From: Desulfatiglandales bacterium
Lineage (GTDB): Bacteria; Desulfobacterota; DSM-4660; Desulfatiglandales; HGW-15
Assembly (NCBI GenBank): GCA_041685835.1
Contig: JAWLEX010000001.1
Location: 11,374 to 75,373 of the forward strand
Direction of reading: 5' to 3'
DNA length: 64,000 nucleotides
In this document: positions 25,126-35,456 of the stretch, one piece after another
How positions within the stretch are numbered: position 1 is the stretch's first letter
Layout of the letters: the number at the start of each line of letters is the position of its first letter
The notes under the pieces: generated by a model
Seen by the model: the letters and a program-made list of their open reading frames with translations, nothing else
Told to the model about the DNA's origin: nothing
Databases searched by the model: none
Translations under genes and position numbers: made by a program

Positions 25126-26499
25126 CTAAGTGCCCAAACCGTACTTGTTCATCTTGTAGTGCATAACCCTTCGACTGATCCCCAGCATCGCCGCGGCCTT
25201 GCTTTGGACGTTGTCACAGTACTCCAACGCCCTTTGAATCAGTTTTTCCTCTATTTTTTCAACGGCTTCTGGTAGCGGCATGTCCGGGGGCACGAGGTTG
25301 TTCAGATCGATGCCCTCTCCTGTGTCCCTGGGTTCCAGAAGGTGCTCCGGCAGTTCCTTTGCGCCGATTGTGTGACCGGATTTCAGGATGAGGGCCCGCT
25401 CGATCACGTTCTCCAGCTCGCGGACGTTGCCGGGCCAGGAGTATTCATAAAGCGCTTTCCAGGCCTCCTGGCTAAGTTGAATTTTGTCCCTTTCCTCCTC
25501 TTCCACATACTTATCGATAAAGTGCTTGACCAGGAGGGGGATGTCTTCCACTCGCTCCTTGAGAGAAGGGACCTTGATGTGCATCACGTTGAGACGGTAA
25601 AAGAGATCCTCCCGAAAGAGGTCGTTGGCCACGTCCTCATTGATGTTGCGATTGGAGGCCGAGAGCACCCGCACATCCACCTTGATCGTGCGCGTCCCTC
25701 CCACCCTCTCGAACTCCATCTCCTGAAGCACGCGCAAAAGCTTGACCTGTAGTGAAGGGGGCATCTCGCCCACCTCATCCAGGAACAGGGTCCCGCCGTC
25801 GGCGACCTCGAACCGGCCCTTTTTCATGGCGGCAGCCCCGGTGAAGGCACCCTTTTCGTGCCCGAACAGTTCGCTTTCGAGCAGGGTCTCTGTCAATGCT
25901 CCGCAGTTGATGGATACGAACGGACGGTTGCTTCGGGGGCTGTTGTAGTGGATCGCCTTGGCGATGAGTTCCTTGCCCGTGCCGGAAGATCCGGTGATCA
26001 GCACGGAAGCCCTGGTCTTGGAGACCTTTCCCACCAGGTCGAAGATCGCCTGCATGGGCTTGCTCTTGCCTATGATGTTGTCGAATCGGTACCGGGAGAG
26101 CAGTTCATCGTTGAGCCGCTGGTTTTCGCGGAGGAGCCGGTGGTTCTCGAGGGCCTTCTTTACGGTCAGCTTGAGCTCCTCGTTCCGGAACGGCTTGGTG
26201 ATGTAATCGAAGGCCTGCTTCTTCATCGCTTCCACGGCCATCTCGATGGTGCCGTAGGCGGTCATCATTATCAGTGGCAAATAGGGGTCGATCTTCTTTA
26301 CTTCCTCGAGCAGTTCCATGCCGCTCATACCAGGCATTTTCATGTCCGTGATGATCAGATCAACCTCCGCCTCGCGGACCTGGCGCAGGGCTTCCCGTGC
26401 GGTCCCGGCCGTCAGTATTTCATAGCCTTCGGGCCCGAGAAGGGCCTCAAGGACCACCAGGTAGTTTTTTTCGTCGTCAACGATCAGGATGGTTTCCAT
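25126..26499 (-). CDS. Sigma-54-dependent response regulator (NtrC family)
   Basis: Receiver domain ([14 protein letters not shown]), AAA+ domain ([30 protein letters not shown]) and a C-terminal Fis-type helix-turn-helix. Confidence 0.9.
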   Translation of the reverse strand: METILIVDDEKNYLVVLEALLGPEGYEILTAGTAREALRQVREAEVDLIITDMKMPGMSGMELLEEVKKIDPYLPLIMMTAYGTIEMAVEAMKKQAFDYITKPFRNEELKLTVKKALENHRLLRENQRLNDELLSRYRFDNIIGKSKPMQAIFDLVGKVSKTRASVLITGSSGTGKELIAKAIHYNSPRSNRPFVSINCGALTETLLESELFGHEKGAFTGAAAMKKGRFEVADGGTLFLDEVGEMPPSLQVKLLRVLQEMEFERVGGTRTIKVDVRVLSASNRNINEDVANDLFREDLFYRLNVMHIKVPSLKERVEDIPLLVKHFIDKYVEEEERDKIQLSQEAWKALYEYSWPGNVRELENVIERALILKSGHTIGAKELPEHLLEPRDTGEGIDLNNLVPPDMPLPEAVEKIEEKLIQRALEYCDNVQSKAAAMLGISRRVMHYKMNKYGLGT

Positions 26500-27995
26500 T
26501 GCTGGGGCTCCTTGGGGAGTTGGATAACGACCCTGGTTCCCTTTCCGGTTTCGCTGTGGATTGCGATCACGCCGTTGTGGCCTTCCACGATTTTCCTGAC
26601 GATAGAGAGGCCGAGTCCGGTCCCCCTCTCCTTGGTTGTGAAAAAGGGGTTGAAGAGCTTTCTCAGGCTCTCTTCCGGAATGCCGTTACCCTGGTCCTCA
26701 ATTTCCACCCTCAAGGCTTTGGGCTCCTCAGTGAGGCGGACTTCAATGACGCCCCCCTTTTCCTGAGCCTGGATTGCATTGATCAGGATGTTCAGAAAGG
26801 CGCGGTGCAGGAGATTCGGGTCGGCCTTTAGGCTGCAGGTCCGCCCGTCCAGGTTGTGGGTGATTTGAATCCCATGCTTATCCAGTTCCGGTTTCAGGAA
26901 GGACAGATTTTTCTCGAGTACGTCCACCAGGGAAACATCGCGAAAGTCGGGGGACTGCGGTCGCGCAAAGTCCAGGAATTCCATGACGATCCCGTTCAGG
27001 CGCACCGACTCCTCTCGAATCACTCCTGACAGGCGTCGCTGGGTCTCATCGGCGCCCGGCAGGCCGGCCATGAGTTCGGCCGTGCTCTGGATGATTCCGA
27101 GCGGGTTCTTGATTTCATGGGAGACTCCCGCCACCATCTCGCCCAGTGCGGCCAAACGCTCGGCCTGGTGAAGCTGTTCCTCCAACTCCCGCCGTTCGCG
27201 GGCGCGCTCTTCGATGAGGGTTTCCGCCTTTCGAACTATCAAAAGAAGCGCCAGGAAAATCGCGCCCATGATCAGTATGGAAAGACCGAAAACCAGGTAC
27301 TGGAACCTCGCGATGGATTCGTACTGCTCGCCCATGTCCTGAATGATCTCGAATACTCCGGCCACATAGCTTCTTGACCCCAGGAACGGGTGGGTGCCCC
27401 GGAAGGGAATGTAGGTCCGCAGCTTGTGTTCCCCTGATATGGGATTGAACTCCAGGTCCCATAGGGCTTCCTTTTCGGAGATCATGCGTGAAGAGCTCTC
27501 CCCGTCCACAGCCTCTTCGTATCCGGGGGTCCTTTTTACCTCCTCTCCGATGAGCCTGGGATCGGTGCTGTATGCGATAACCCCTTTTTCGATGTCGTAA
27601 ATGTTTACGAGATCGATCTTCAGCCCGTGAATCGTATTTTGGACGACGCGGTCCATCAGGGCCTGCTGGTCCTCGTCCCTGAGCCGGATCTGGCCGTATC
27701 GACGGAGGACGGGTGTGGCGAAGTTCTGAAAGACTTGGTGATTAAGGTTCTGTCCTACGATCAGCGCATAGTCCTCATAGCTTCCGAGCAGGATCTCCTT
27801 CGCTTTCTGCGAGATGGCAAGGGAAAAGGGAAAGCTGAATATGACCAGCACGATAAAGCTCGCCGAGGCGAAGAATTTCACCAGCCTGAACTGTTTGCCT
27901 TCGGGGAGCCGGTTGTTGTGATTTGTTGACAATTCTTTCACCCGTCCCGGGAGTAGACGCTCGAGGAAATCGACGGTGGACAACGCGAACCGCAT
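26484..27995 (-). CDS. Sensor histidine kinase
   Basis: Two TM segments flank an extracytoplasmic domain of about 190 aa. H-box VSHEIKNPLG and ATPase boxes DQGNGI and GTGLGLSIV. The stop overlaps the regulator start by 16 nt. Confidence 0.85.
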   Translation of the reverse strand: MRFALSTVDFLERLLPGRVKELSTNHNNRLPEGKQFRLVKFFASASFIVLVIFSFPFSLAISQKAKEILLGSYEDYALIVGQNLNHQVFQNFATPVLRRYGQIRLRDEDQQALMDRVVQNTIHGLKIDLVNIYDIEKGVIAYSTDPRLIGEEVKRTPGYEEAVDGESSSRMISEKEALWDLEFNPISGEHKLRTYIPFRGTHPFLGSRSYVAGVFEIIQDMGEQYESIARFQYLVFGLSILIMGAIFLALLLIVRKAETLIEERARERRELEEQLHQAERLAALGEMVAGVSHEIKNPLGIIQSTAELMAGLPGADETQRRLSGVIREESVRLNGIVMEFLDFARPQSPDFRDVSLVDVLEKNLSFLKPELDKHGIQITHNLDGRTCSLKADPNLLHRAFLNILINAIQAQEKGGVIEVRLTEEPKALRVEIEDQGNGIPEESLRKLFNPFFTTKERGTGLGLSIVRKIVEGHNGVIAIHSETGKGTRVVIQLPKEPQQWKPS

Positions 27996-28163
27996 TGCCT
28001 ATCATCGAATGGAACAATCGGCCCAAGCCAACAAGTTGACGCTTCCCCGCCGCACGGTTTCCGGCTTGTTATATCACCATCCTGCAAGGCGGTAAACCCT
28101 GGGTTGCATCTGCGACAGGGCTGATTTGTTATCGTTTCTTCAACCTGCGAGGCCCAATTCGCC

Positions 28164-29444
28164 ATGGCGCCAACTAAAGGAGACAAAGAGGCCCCTTTTC
28201 TGCTTTATGCCGATGACCGGGGCCGGCTCCTCGAGCATCCGTTTCTCCGCATGGCCGGTTTCTCGGGGTATGAGCCGTTTCCCCTGGAGGAGGCCGACCT
28301 TGTCCCCGTGCCGGAGTACAGCAAGATGTTTTTCCTTCCCGGATGTCCACCGGTGGGCGTGGACCCGGACACCGGGCGATACGAAATCCTGGAGGAGGCC
28401 CGCGTGGGGCGATGCTACGCCGTGGCGGCCTTTCTCGAGCCCGGGATCGTACGCACCCATCTCCCTGCATCGGATTGCCGGGACAAGGATACCGTGCTTC
28501 CCACCTGGGCGTACACGGCGGTCGGGTTCCGTGACGGGGCCTGCTGGGCCGCGGGTTTTAGAGTGGAGGAAAACCCCCGGTGGGACCCCCGGAATTACGA
28601 TGACCGGGAACTCATTCCCGCCATGGAGACCTACAGGCTCGACCACGATGGTCCCCTGGTGGAGCACCTGGCCCACTGCGCCACGAGCAACCACTGCTTT
28701 GCTGCCAAGAACCTATTTCTGAGGAGGTGGGAGGCGCCCCTGCCGGTGAGCCGGGCCTGCAATGCGGCCTGCCTGGGGTGCCTGTCCCTCCAGCCCGACG
28801 CGGGCTGCGAGGCCTCCCATCAGCGGATATCGTTCAAACCGTCGGTGGAGGAGATAGCCTCTCTGGCCGTGGACCACCTGGAGGCCTCGCCCAGGGCGAT
28901 CGTGAGCTTCGGCCAGGGTTGCGAAGGGGAGCCGCTCACCGAACATGAGCTGATCGCGGAGAGCATTCGAAGGATTCGCAAACGGACGGATCGAGGGACC
29001 ATCAACCTGAACACCAACGGGAGCATGCCGGATCGAGTGCGTGAGATCGCAAAGAGCGGACTGGATTCGATTCGCATCAGCATGAACAGCGCCAGGCCCG
29101 CATTCTACCGGGCTTACTACAATCCGCAGGGATACGACTTCGACGATGTGATCGAGTCCGTTAGGATGTCTCACGAAATGGGGCTCTACACCATGATCAA
29201 CTACCTGGTCTTCCCCGGGGTCTCGGACCAGGAGGCGGAGGTGGAGGCCTTAAAGGAAATGATCGCCGGGACCGGGGCCCAGTTCCTCCACCTCAAGAAC
29301 CTGTGCATCGATTCCCAGCTATACCTCGAGAGCATGCCCCAGGACCATTCTCCGGTCCTGGGGGTGCGACGTATGGCGTCCGAACTGACCAGGGTGTTTC
29401 CCGACTTGTCCCTGGGTTACTTCAACCAGGCCGTCCGCGACTGA
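28164..29444 (+). CDS. Radical SAM protein with an uncharacterised N-terminal domain of about 190 aa
   Basis: The CxxxCxxC motif SRACNAACLGC lies at about residue 197. SFGQGCEGEPL and NTNGS are consistent with a radical SAM core. Confidence 0.7.
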   Translation: MAPTKGDKEAPFLLYADDRGRLLEHPFLRMAGFSGYEPFPLEEADLVPVPEYSKMFFLPGCPPVGVDPDTGRYEILEEARVGRCYAVAAFLEPGIVRTHLPASDCRDKDTVLPTWAYTAVGFRDGACWAAGFRVEENPRWDPRNYDDRELIPAMETYRLDHDGPLVEHLAHCATSNHCFAAKNLFLRRWEAPLPVSRACNAACLGCLSLQPDAGCEASHQRISFKPSVEEIASLAVDHLEASPRAIVSFGQGCEGEPLTEHELIAESIRRIRKRTDRGTINLNTNGSMPDRVREIAKSGLDSIRISMNSARPAFYRAYYNPQGYDFDDVIESVRMSHEMGLYTMINYLVFPGVSDQEAEVEALKEMIAGTGAQFLHLKNLCIDSQLYLESMPQDHSPVLGVRRMASELTRVFPDLSLGYFNQAVRD

Positions 29445-29452
29445 TTTGCGGC

Positions 29453-30742
29453 CTAAGCCTCCTTTTCCCGGGCTACGGCCCGGTATCCGATGTCGGTTCG
29501 AAAATAGGCCCCTTCCCACGTGATCCGCCGGGCCTGTTCGTAGGCCCTCGACTGGGCCTCCGCCACGCTCCGGCCGAGGGCGGTCACGCAGAGGACGCGC
29601 CCCCCGCTGGTGACGACCCGGCCGTCCTGTATGGCCGTGCCGGCATGAAAGACCTTGAGATCGTCCGGTTCGTCCTCCGGAAGGCCGCTGATGGGGTCTC
29701 CCTTGCGGTAGGACTCTGGATAGCCGCCCGCGGCCATCACCACTCCCAGGGACGCGCGCTCGTCCCACTCCGCCTCTAACCGGCCCAAGGTCCCGTCCAG
29801 GGCTGCGTTAGAGAGTTCAGTGAGGTCTGAGCGCAGACGCAGCAATATGGGCTGGGTTTCGGGGTCCCCGAACCGGCAGTTGTACTCCAGCACCCGGGGC
29901 ACCCCGTCGCCGCCTATCATGAGGCCCGCATAGAGGAAGCCCTGGTAAGGGTGCCCGTCAGCGGCCATTCCCCGGACCGTGGGCTCTATCACCTCGACCA
30001 TTATCCGCTCGAATACCTCGGGGGTTACCACAGGTGCCGGGGAGTAGGCGCCCATGCCTCCGGTGTTGGGGCCGGCGTCTCCATTATCCCGTGCCTTGTG
30101 GTCCTGGGATGTGGCCAGGGGCAGGATGCCCTTGCCGTCCACCATGACGATGAAGCTGGCTTCCTCTCCGACGAGGAGTTCCTCGATGACGATCGTTCGC
30201 CCGGCATCTCCAAAGTCACGTCCCGACAGCATTCCCTCGGCCGCCTCCAGGGCTTCCTGTTCGGTGCGGGCCAGAATCACGCCCTTTCCGGCTGCCAGCC
30301 CGTCCGCCTTCACCACGATGGGGGCGCCCCGCTCGCGGATGTAACGCCTTGCCGGCTCCAGCTCCCGGAAAACGGCGTACTCGGCCGTTGGAATGCCGTG
30401 CCTGTGCATGAAGTCTTTGGTGAAGGCCTTGGATCCTTCGAGCCGGGCGGCGGCCCGTGTGGGACCGAGACAGCGGAGACCGGCCCGGTCGAAAGAGTCC
30501 CTTATCCCCGCCACCAGTGGGGCCTCGGGTCCTACGATGGTGAGCCCTACATCCTGATCCTGCGCGATGTGTATGAGACCCTCGATGTCCGTTGCCTGTA
30601 CGGGTATGTTTTCGACTCCGTGTTCCCGTGCCGTGCCGGCATTACCGGGAGCCACGAGGACCCTGCGGACATGGTCCGATCGCGCGATTTTCCAGGCCAG
30701 GGCGTGCTCACGCCCGCCGCCGCCGACGATCATCACGTTCAT
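29453..30742 (-). CDS. purD: Phosphoribosylamine-glycine ligase
   Basis: MNVMIVGGGGREHALAWK..., with ATP-grasp core and conserved length. It is convergent with the radical SAM gene, 8 nt apart. Confidence 0.9.
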   Translation of the reverse strand: MNVMIVGGGGREHALAWKIARSDHVRRVLVAPGNAGTAREHGVENIPVQATDIEGLIHIAQDQDVGLTIVGPEAPLVAGIRDSFDRAGLRCLGPTRAAARLEGSKAFTKDFMHRHGIPTAEYAVFRELEPARRYIRERGAPIVVKADGLAAGKGVILARTEQEALEAAEGMLSGRDFGDAGRTIVIEELLVGEEASFIVMVDGKGILPLATSQDHKARDNGDAGPNTGGMGAYSPAPVVTPEVFERIMVEVIEPTVRGMAADGHPYQGFLYAGLMIGGDGVPRVLEYNCRFGDPETQPILLRLRSDLTELSNAALDGTLGRLEAEWDERASLGVVMAAGGYPESYRKGDPISGLPEDEPDDLKVFHAGTAIQDGRVVTSGGRVLCVTALGRSVAEAQSRAYEQARRITWEGAYFRTDIGYRAVAREKEA

Positions 30743-31011
30743 GGGAACTCCTTTCCACAATCGGTTTTTTTGAGAGTAACATCCCTTTATTCTTTAGCTT
30801 CCCACCTTCACCCCTCACACTCACCTTTTCTTGACGGTGATGGGACGATGCATATTTTCGAGGTAAATGATTTATTGAGCAACTGATTTCTGTTGTCATG
30901 AGTGGGATTTTGCGATTTAATTATTATCCGGCTGAAGCGAAGCAGAAAAGTCCATGAAGCCACAGGTGGCGTATACATTGACGGCTTTCTTAACTGCAGC
31001 GGCCGGGCGAC

Positions 31012-31899
31012 ATGCTTGAGGGGTTGTATATGCGGTCTCGGGACATGCTGGCGTTTGTTGCGCTCTTCGTGCTTGTATGGATGATCGGGTGTTCGTCCGA
31101 AGACCCCCCTCCACCGACTCAGGACCCCGAGGTGGTCAAGAGATCCATCGAGCCGCTTTCTAAATCTGCTTCCGTGGACGTGAGGACTGAGGAGCAAGAA
31201 AAACCGGCCGCGAATATGACTAAACCGGTTGCGTCCGGGGTCACGGCGCTCCGGGAATCGGCGATTGGGGCCCTGGGGGGCGGCGGGACGGATTCACGGA
31301 TTGAGTTGACGGGCCTGGAAACGCCTTCCAGGCTGCTTCCGGGGACAAAGTATGAGAAGGCCGATCCTGTGCCCCTGCCGGATGAGGGGGAATACATTGC
31401 CCTCCCGGGGGACTCCCTGGCCGTGATCGCCGGCCGCAAAGACGTGTTCGGAGATCCGCTCAAATGGATTGTGCTCTACCAATTGAACCGGGGCAAACTG
31501 GAAGGGCTTGTCCTGGATGAACGGCTTCCTGAACGCCCGGTCCCCGAGGGGACCCGGCTTCGATACAGCTTAACGGAAGAGGAAACCAGGCGGGTCGAGG
31601 CGGCTTCGGATCGGACGTGGGTCGTCAACGTGGTTTCTTCCATCACAGCGGACCGTATCGATGGGCCTGCTGTTCAGCTCCTGGAGAAGGGCTATCCTGT
31701 CTACATCAGCCGGGCTACGGTGGATGCTCAGAAGTGGATGCGGCTCAGGGTAGGGTTTTTCAATGACCGGGAATCGGCCGTGAAGGAGGGGGAGAAGCTC
31801 CAGGGTGTTCTGCAGCAGGACGATTCATGGCCCGTGAGGATCGGGCAGGAGGAAATAGCCGAATATGCAGATCTGTTGAGGCCTCTTTATGAGGGATGA
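31012..31899 (+). CDS. SPOR-domain (probable lipo)protein with a LysM-like segment
   Basis: Signal sequence with Cys (FVLVWMIGCSS), a LysM-like YIALPGDSLAVIAG...W, and a C-terminal SPOR-like WVVNVVS...WMRLRVGFFNDRESA. Alternative starts are at 31030 and 31045. Confidence 0.6.
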   Translation: MLEGLYMRSRDMLAFVALFVLVWMIGCSSEDPPPPTQDPEVVKRSIEPLSKSASVDVRTEEQEKPAANMTKPVASGVTALRESAIGALGGGGTDSRIELTGLETPSRLLPGTKYEKADPVPLPDEGEYIALPGDSLAVIAGRKDVFGDPLKWIVLYQLNRGKLEGLVLDERLPERPVPEGTRLRYSLTEEETRRVEAASDRTWVVNVVSSITADRIDGPAVQLLEKGYPVYISRATVDAQKWMRLRVGFFNDRESAVKEGEKLQGVLQQDDSWPVRIGQEEIAEYADLLRPLYEG

Positions 31900-31974
31900 C
31901 TCGGGTGGAAGCACAAGGGGTGCCGGTGCCGGTTGTCTGTGTCTGTGGAAGTGGTGGGCCTGAAGATCTCTTAG

Positions 31975-32050
31975 TCCAATCAAGCCGCAAAAATCGCAAA
32001 GGCAATAATATCGTAAGGTTTTCTTGGCGCCTTGGCTTCTCAGCGAGAGA
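31975..32050 (-). repeat. GCAAAG/CCAAGG-type intergenic repeat copy
   Basis: Its reverse complement AGAAGCCAAGGCGCCAAGAAAACCTTACGATATTATTGCCTTTGCGATTTTTGCGG aligns by eye to 38516-38571 at about 80% with one or two single-nt gaps. Confidence 0.7.
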
Positions 32051-32155
32051 TAAAATGTTTAATGGGTCTATACGCTCTTGGTTGCGGCCAGGTCACGCCG
32101 AATTCGTCGTGGCGGAATAAATGAGCGCAAGAAGGTGGGTGCGAGGTTGCAGGTG

Positions 32156-33370
32156 ATGAAGGGCAAGCGGGTCGTTCTGGGGGTGACAGGCGGCATTGCC
32201 GCATACAAGGCGGCGGAACTGGCCCGGATGCTGGTCAGAAACGGGGCCGAAACCAGGGTAGCCATGACAAAAAACGCTACTAACTTCGTCACCCCCTTGA
32301 CATTTGAGGCCCTCACGGGAAACCGTGTGGTGTGGAACCAGTTCGACTCCCTGAATGACCCCATGGATCACATATCATGGGGGCAGGACGCGGATATCAT
32401 CATCGTAGCACCGGCAACGGCCAACTTCCTGGCAAAGACGGCCCTGGGTATAGCAGACGATTTCCTGTCGACCATGATGGTTGCAGCCACGGCCCCTGTT
32501 CTCGTCTGCCCGGCCATGAACGATCGTATGCTTGAGCACCCCGCGGTCCGGGAAAACCTGCATGTGCTTCGCAAAAGGGGGGTTGCCGTCATGGAGCCCG
32601 GCACCGGGGACCTGGCCTGCGGCACAGTCGGGCCGGGGCGGCTCCCGGAACCGGAAGACATCCTTGACAGGGCCCTGGCCGTTATCGCGCCCAAGGACCT
32701 CGAGGGCCGGACCATACTGATTACGGCCGGCCCGACAATGGAGCCGATGGACCCCGTTCGGTTCATCTCCAACCGCTCCAGCGGCAAGATGGGATATGCC
32801 CTGGCCAGGATTGCCAGCCGAAGAGGGGCGTCGGTCATCCTCGTGAGCGGCCCCACGGGATTGAAGCCTCCTTCGGGCGTCACGTTTGTGGACGTTCGTT
32901 CCGCGGAAGAGATGAGGGCGGCGGTCCTGGAACACTGGACTACATGCGACGCCGTCATCAAGGCCGCCGCCGTTGCGGACTATCGGCCGCGGGAAGCCTC
33001 GGGGCGGAAAGTGAAAAAGGGGAAGGATGACCGGGTGCTGGAACTGGTCTGCAACCCGGACATCCTGGCCGAGCTGGGAAAAGAGCGGGAAGACGGGGCT
33101 TGCGTCCTGGTGGGATTTGCAGCGGAAACCGAATCGCTGTTGGAGAATGCGCAGGAAAAGCTTCAGAGAAAAAACGTGGATATGATAGTCGCCAACGACG
33201 TCTCGCGACCGGACGCGGGTTTTGATGTGGACACCAACCTCGTCAACATCCTCCACCGCGGCGGAGACGTGGAGACGTTGTCCATGATGACCAAGGAAGA
33301 GGTCGCCGACCGAATTCTGGACAGGATATTGGAACTATGGAAGGACGGCCCACCCCTGAAGAGGAGTTGA
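32156..33370 (+). CDS. coaBC: Bifunctional phosphopantothenoylcysteine decarboxylase / synthetase
   Basis: MKGKRVVLGVTGGIAAYKA (flavoprotein domain) plus a C-terminal CoaB domain (ISNRSSGKMG). The ORF track starts at 32078. Confidence 0.9.
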   Translation: MKGKRVVLGVTGGIAAYKAAELARMLVRNGAETRVAMTKNATNFVTPLTFEALTGNRVVWNQFDSLNDPMDHISWGQDADIIIVAPATANFLAKTALGIADDFLSTMMVAATAPVLVCPAMNDRMLEHPAVRENLHVLRKRGVAVMEPGTGDLACGTVGPGRLPEPEDILDRALAVIAPKDLEGRTILITAGPTMEPMDPVRFISNRSSGKMGYALARIASRRGASVILVSGPTGLKPPSGVTFVDVRSAEEMRAAVLEHWTTCDAVIKAAAVADYRPREASGRKVKKGKDDRVLELVCNPDILAELGKEREDGACVLVGFAAETESLLENAQEKLQRKNVDMIVANDVSRPDAGFDVDTNLVNILHRGGDVETLSMMTKEEVADRILDRILELWKDGPPLKRS

Positions 33371-34080
33371 GGGACGCGGTCCGGCTCATGAGGGTTCTTT
33401 TGGCGGGGAACCGGGAACTCGGGCTGGATCCTCCGGCCGTGTCCGCCCCGGTGCTCGAGAGCCTGGAGAGGAAACCGCCGGCGGCCAACGGCCTGTCAGG
33501 GGAGGCGGGAGGGGCTCGAACACTCGATGAGCTTCGGGCGATCCTGGGCGACTGCCGGCGATGCCCTCTTCACACCGGCCGGAACCGGCTGGTGTTTGGA
33601 GAAGGCAACCTTCGGGCGGACCTCCTTTTCGTTGGGGAAGGGCCCGGTGGAGACGAGGATCGGACCGGGCGGCCTTTTGTGGGTGAAGCGGGCCGCCTGC
33701 TTACACGGATCATCAACGCCATGGGCCTGTCACGGAGTGATGTCTATATATGTAACGTGGTGAAGTGCAGGCCGCCCCGGAACCGTAATCCCGAAGGCCT
33801 CGAGATCGCCGCCTGCCGTCCGTTCCTTGAGCGGCAGATCGACCTGGTGAAGCCGAAGGTGATCTGCACCCTAGGAAGAGTTGCGGGAGAAGAGCTCCTG
33901 GGTAAGACCTTTTCCGTTACCAGGGACCGGGGTGCCTGGTTCGAGTATCGAGGCGTACCGGTAATGCCGACGTTTCATCCGGCATACCTCCTCAGGAACC
34001 CTGCGGCCAAACGGAATGTCTGGGAAGATGTTCAGAAGATCATGAAACGTCTGGCCCAGGGTGGAGGAAATCATGGATAA
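33337..34080 (+). CDS. Uracil-DNA glycosylase, family 4
   Basis: Motifs CRRCPL, GEGPGGDEDRTGRPFVGEAG and HPAYLLRNP. Confidence 0.85.
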   Translation: MEGRPTPEEELRDAVRLMRVLLAGNRELGLDPPAVSAPVLESLERKPPAANGLSGEAGGARTLDELRAILGDCRRCPLHTGRNRLVFGEGNLRADLLFVGEGPGGDEDRTGRPFVGEAGRLLTRIINAMGLSRSDVYICNVVKCRPPRNRNPEGLEIAACRPFLERQIDLVKPKVICTLGRVAGEELLGKTFSVTRDRGAWFEYRGVPVMPTFHPAYLLRNPAAKRNVWEDVQKIMKRLAQGGGNHG

Positions 34081-35389
34081 AGTTCGTACGGGGCGGATGA
34101 TTTTCTTCCTCTTCCTTGTGTTTTATCTTGCTTTTGTGCAGGATCTTTCTGCGAGGGAATTCAGCGCCGGAACCGCTGTGATCATAGAACTCGATGGAGC
34201 GATAAACCCGGGCACCGCCTTGTATGTGGCCCGGGGTATCGAAGAGGCCCCGGATCTCGATGCGGAACTCATTGTTCTCCACGTTGACACGCCGGGGGGG
34301 CTGGCCTCCTCCATGAGGACGATAGTCAAGTCTATCCTGAACTCTCCTGTTCCTGTGGCAGTCTATGTGAGCCCGCCTGGAGCCGGTGCTGCATCGGCCG
34401 GTGTCATGGTCACGGTAGCGGGTCACGTCGCCGCCATGGCGCCCGGGACCAACATCGGCGCGGCCCACCCGGTTTCCGCTGGAGGCAAGGACATCCAGGC
34501 TGAGATGTCCAGGAAGGTCATCAACGACATGGCCTCCTACGGCCGCGGAATAGCCGATGAAAAGGGCCGGAACGGAGATTGGGTGGAAGAGGCGATCCGG
34601 GAGAGCGTGTCCGTGACCGCGGAGGAGGCCCTTGAAAAGAACATAATCGACCTCATTGCCGAGGACCTGGACGACCTCCTGCAAAAGCTGGATGGAAGGG
34701 AGATTGTGGTACAGGGTAAGACTATGACCCTGGCCACGGCGGACCTCGAGCGCGTTAATTTTGAACCGGGGTTCCGCGACAGGGTCCTTCGGACCATCAG
34801 CGATCCGAACATCGCCTACATCCTCATGATGATCGGCCTTGCAGGCCTCTACTTCGAGCTCAGCAACCCAGGTGCGATCCTGCCGGGAGTAATAGGCGCG
34901 ATTTCCCTGATTCTGGCCTTTTTCTCGTTCCAGGCCCTGCCGGTGAATTATGCCGGGCTGCTGCTCATACTGCTCGGCGTCGTGCTGTTCATAGCGGAGA
35001 TCAAGGTCACCAGCTACGGGCTTCTTTCGGTGGGTGGATTGATTTCCCTGACACTGGGGTCTATCATGCTGTTCGAGGACGTGGGAGTGCCTTTTCGAGT
35101 TATCCTGCCGACGGTCGCCTTGGTTGGAGGGTTTTTCATTGTGGTGGCCGCATTGGCCGTTCGGGCTTATCGGGGTCGGCCCAAGGGTGGATCTGAAGGA
35201 ATTATCGGAGATATCGGGGTCGTGCAGACACGCCTTGATCCCGACGGCCTGGTCTTTGTTCATGGAGAGACCTGGAAGGCCCGGGCGGATGAAGCGATTG
35301 AGCCGGACGAGGAAGTGGAAGTCATCGCCATCCGGGGGCTGTCGTTGATTGTGAGACGTGCAGCGGGCAAGGCCCGGGCGGTTCGGTGA
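34061..35389 (+). CDS. nfeD: NfeD-family membrane-bound serine protease (ClpP-class)
   Basis: Signal peptide, a ClpP-like domain (GGLASSM...SAGV), a multi-TM middle region and a C-terminal NfeD OB domain. An SPFH gene follows. Confidence 0.85.
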   Translation: MEEIMDKVRTGRMIFFLFLVFYLAFVQDLSAREFSAGTAVIIELDGAINPGTALYVARGIEEAPDLDAELIVLHVDTPGGLASSMRTIVKSILNSPVPVAVYVSPPGAGAASAGVMVTVAGHVAAMAPGTNIGAAHPVSAGGKDIQAEMSRKVINDMASYGRGIADEKGRNGDWVEEAIRESVSVTAEEALEKNIIDLIAEDLDDLLQKLDGREIVVQGKTMTLATADLERVNFEPGFRDRVLRTISDPNIAYILMMIGLAGLYFELSNPGAILPGVIGAISLILAFFSFQALPVNYAGLLLILLGVVLFIAEIKVTSYGLLSVGGLISLTLGSIMLFEDVGVPFRVILPTVALVGGFFIVVAALAVRAYRGRPKGGSEGIIGDIGVVQTRLDPDGLVFVHGETWKARADEAIEPDEEVEVIAIRGLSLIVRRAAGKARAVR

Positions 35390-35456
35390 GGGTTGCAAGG
35401 AGGGCCGGCTCCTGATATTAATATCCGGCGATTAGCGCCGGAGGGGAGGGAAGGCG

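Noticed and set aside
25120-25145. TGGCAC-like sequence on the minus strand (TTGGCACTTAG), considered as a sigma-54 -24 element near the NtrC-type regulator.
   Set aside because: It overlaps the regulator's own stop codon (reverse complement GGTTTGGGCACTTAG encodes GLGT plus the stop). No TTGC -12 element follows at the correct spacing.
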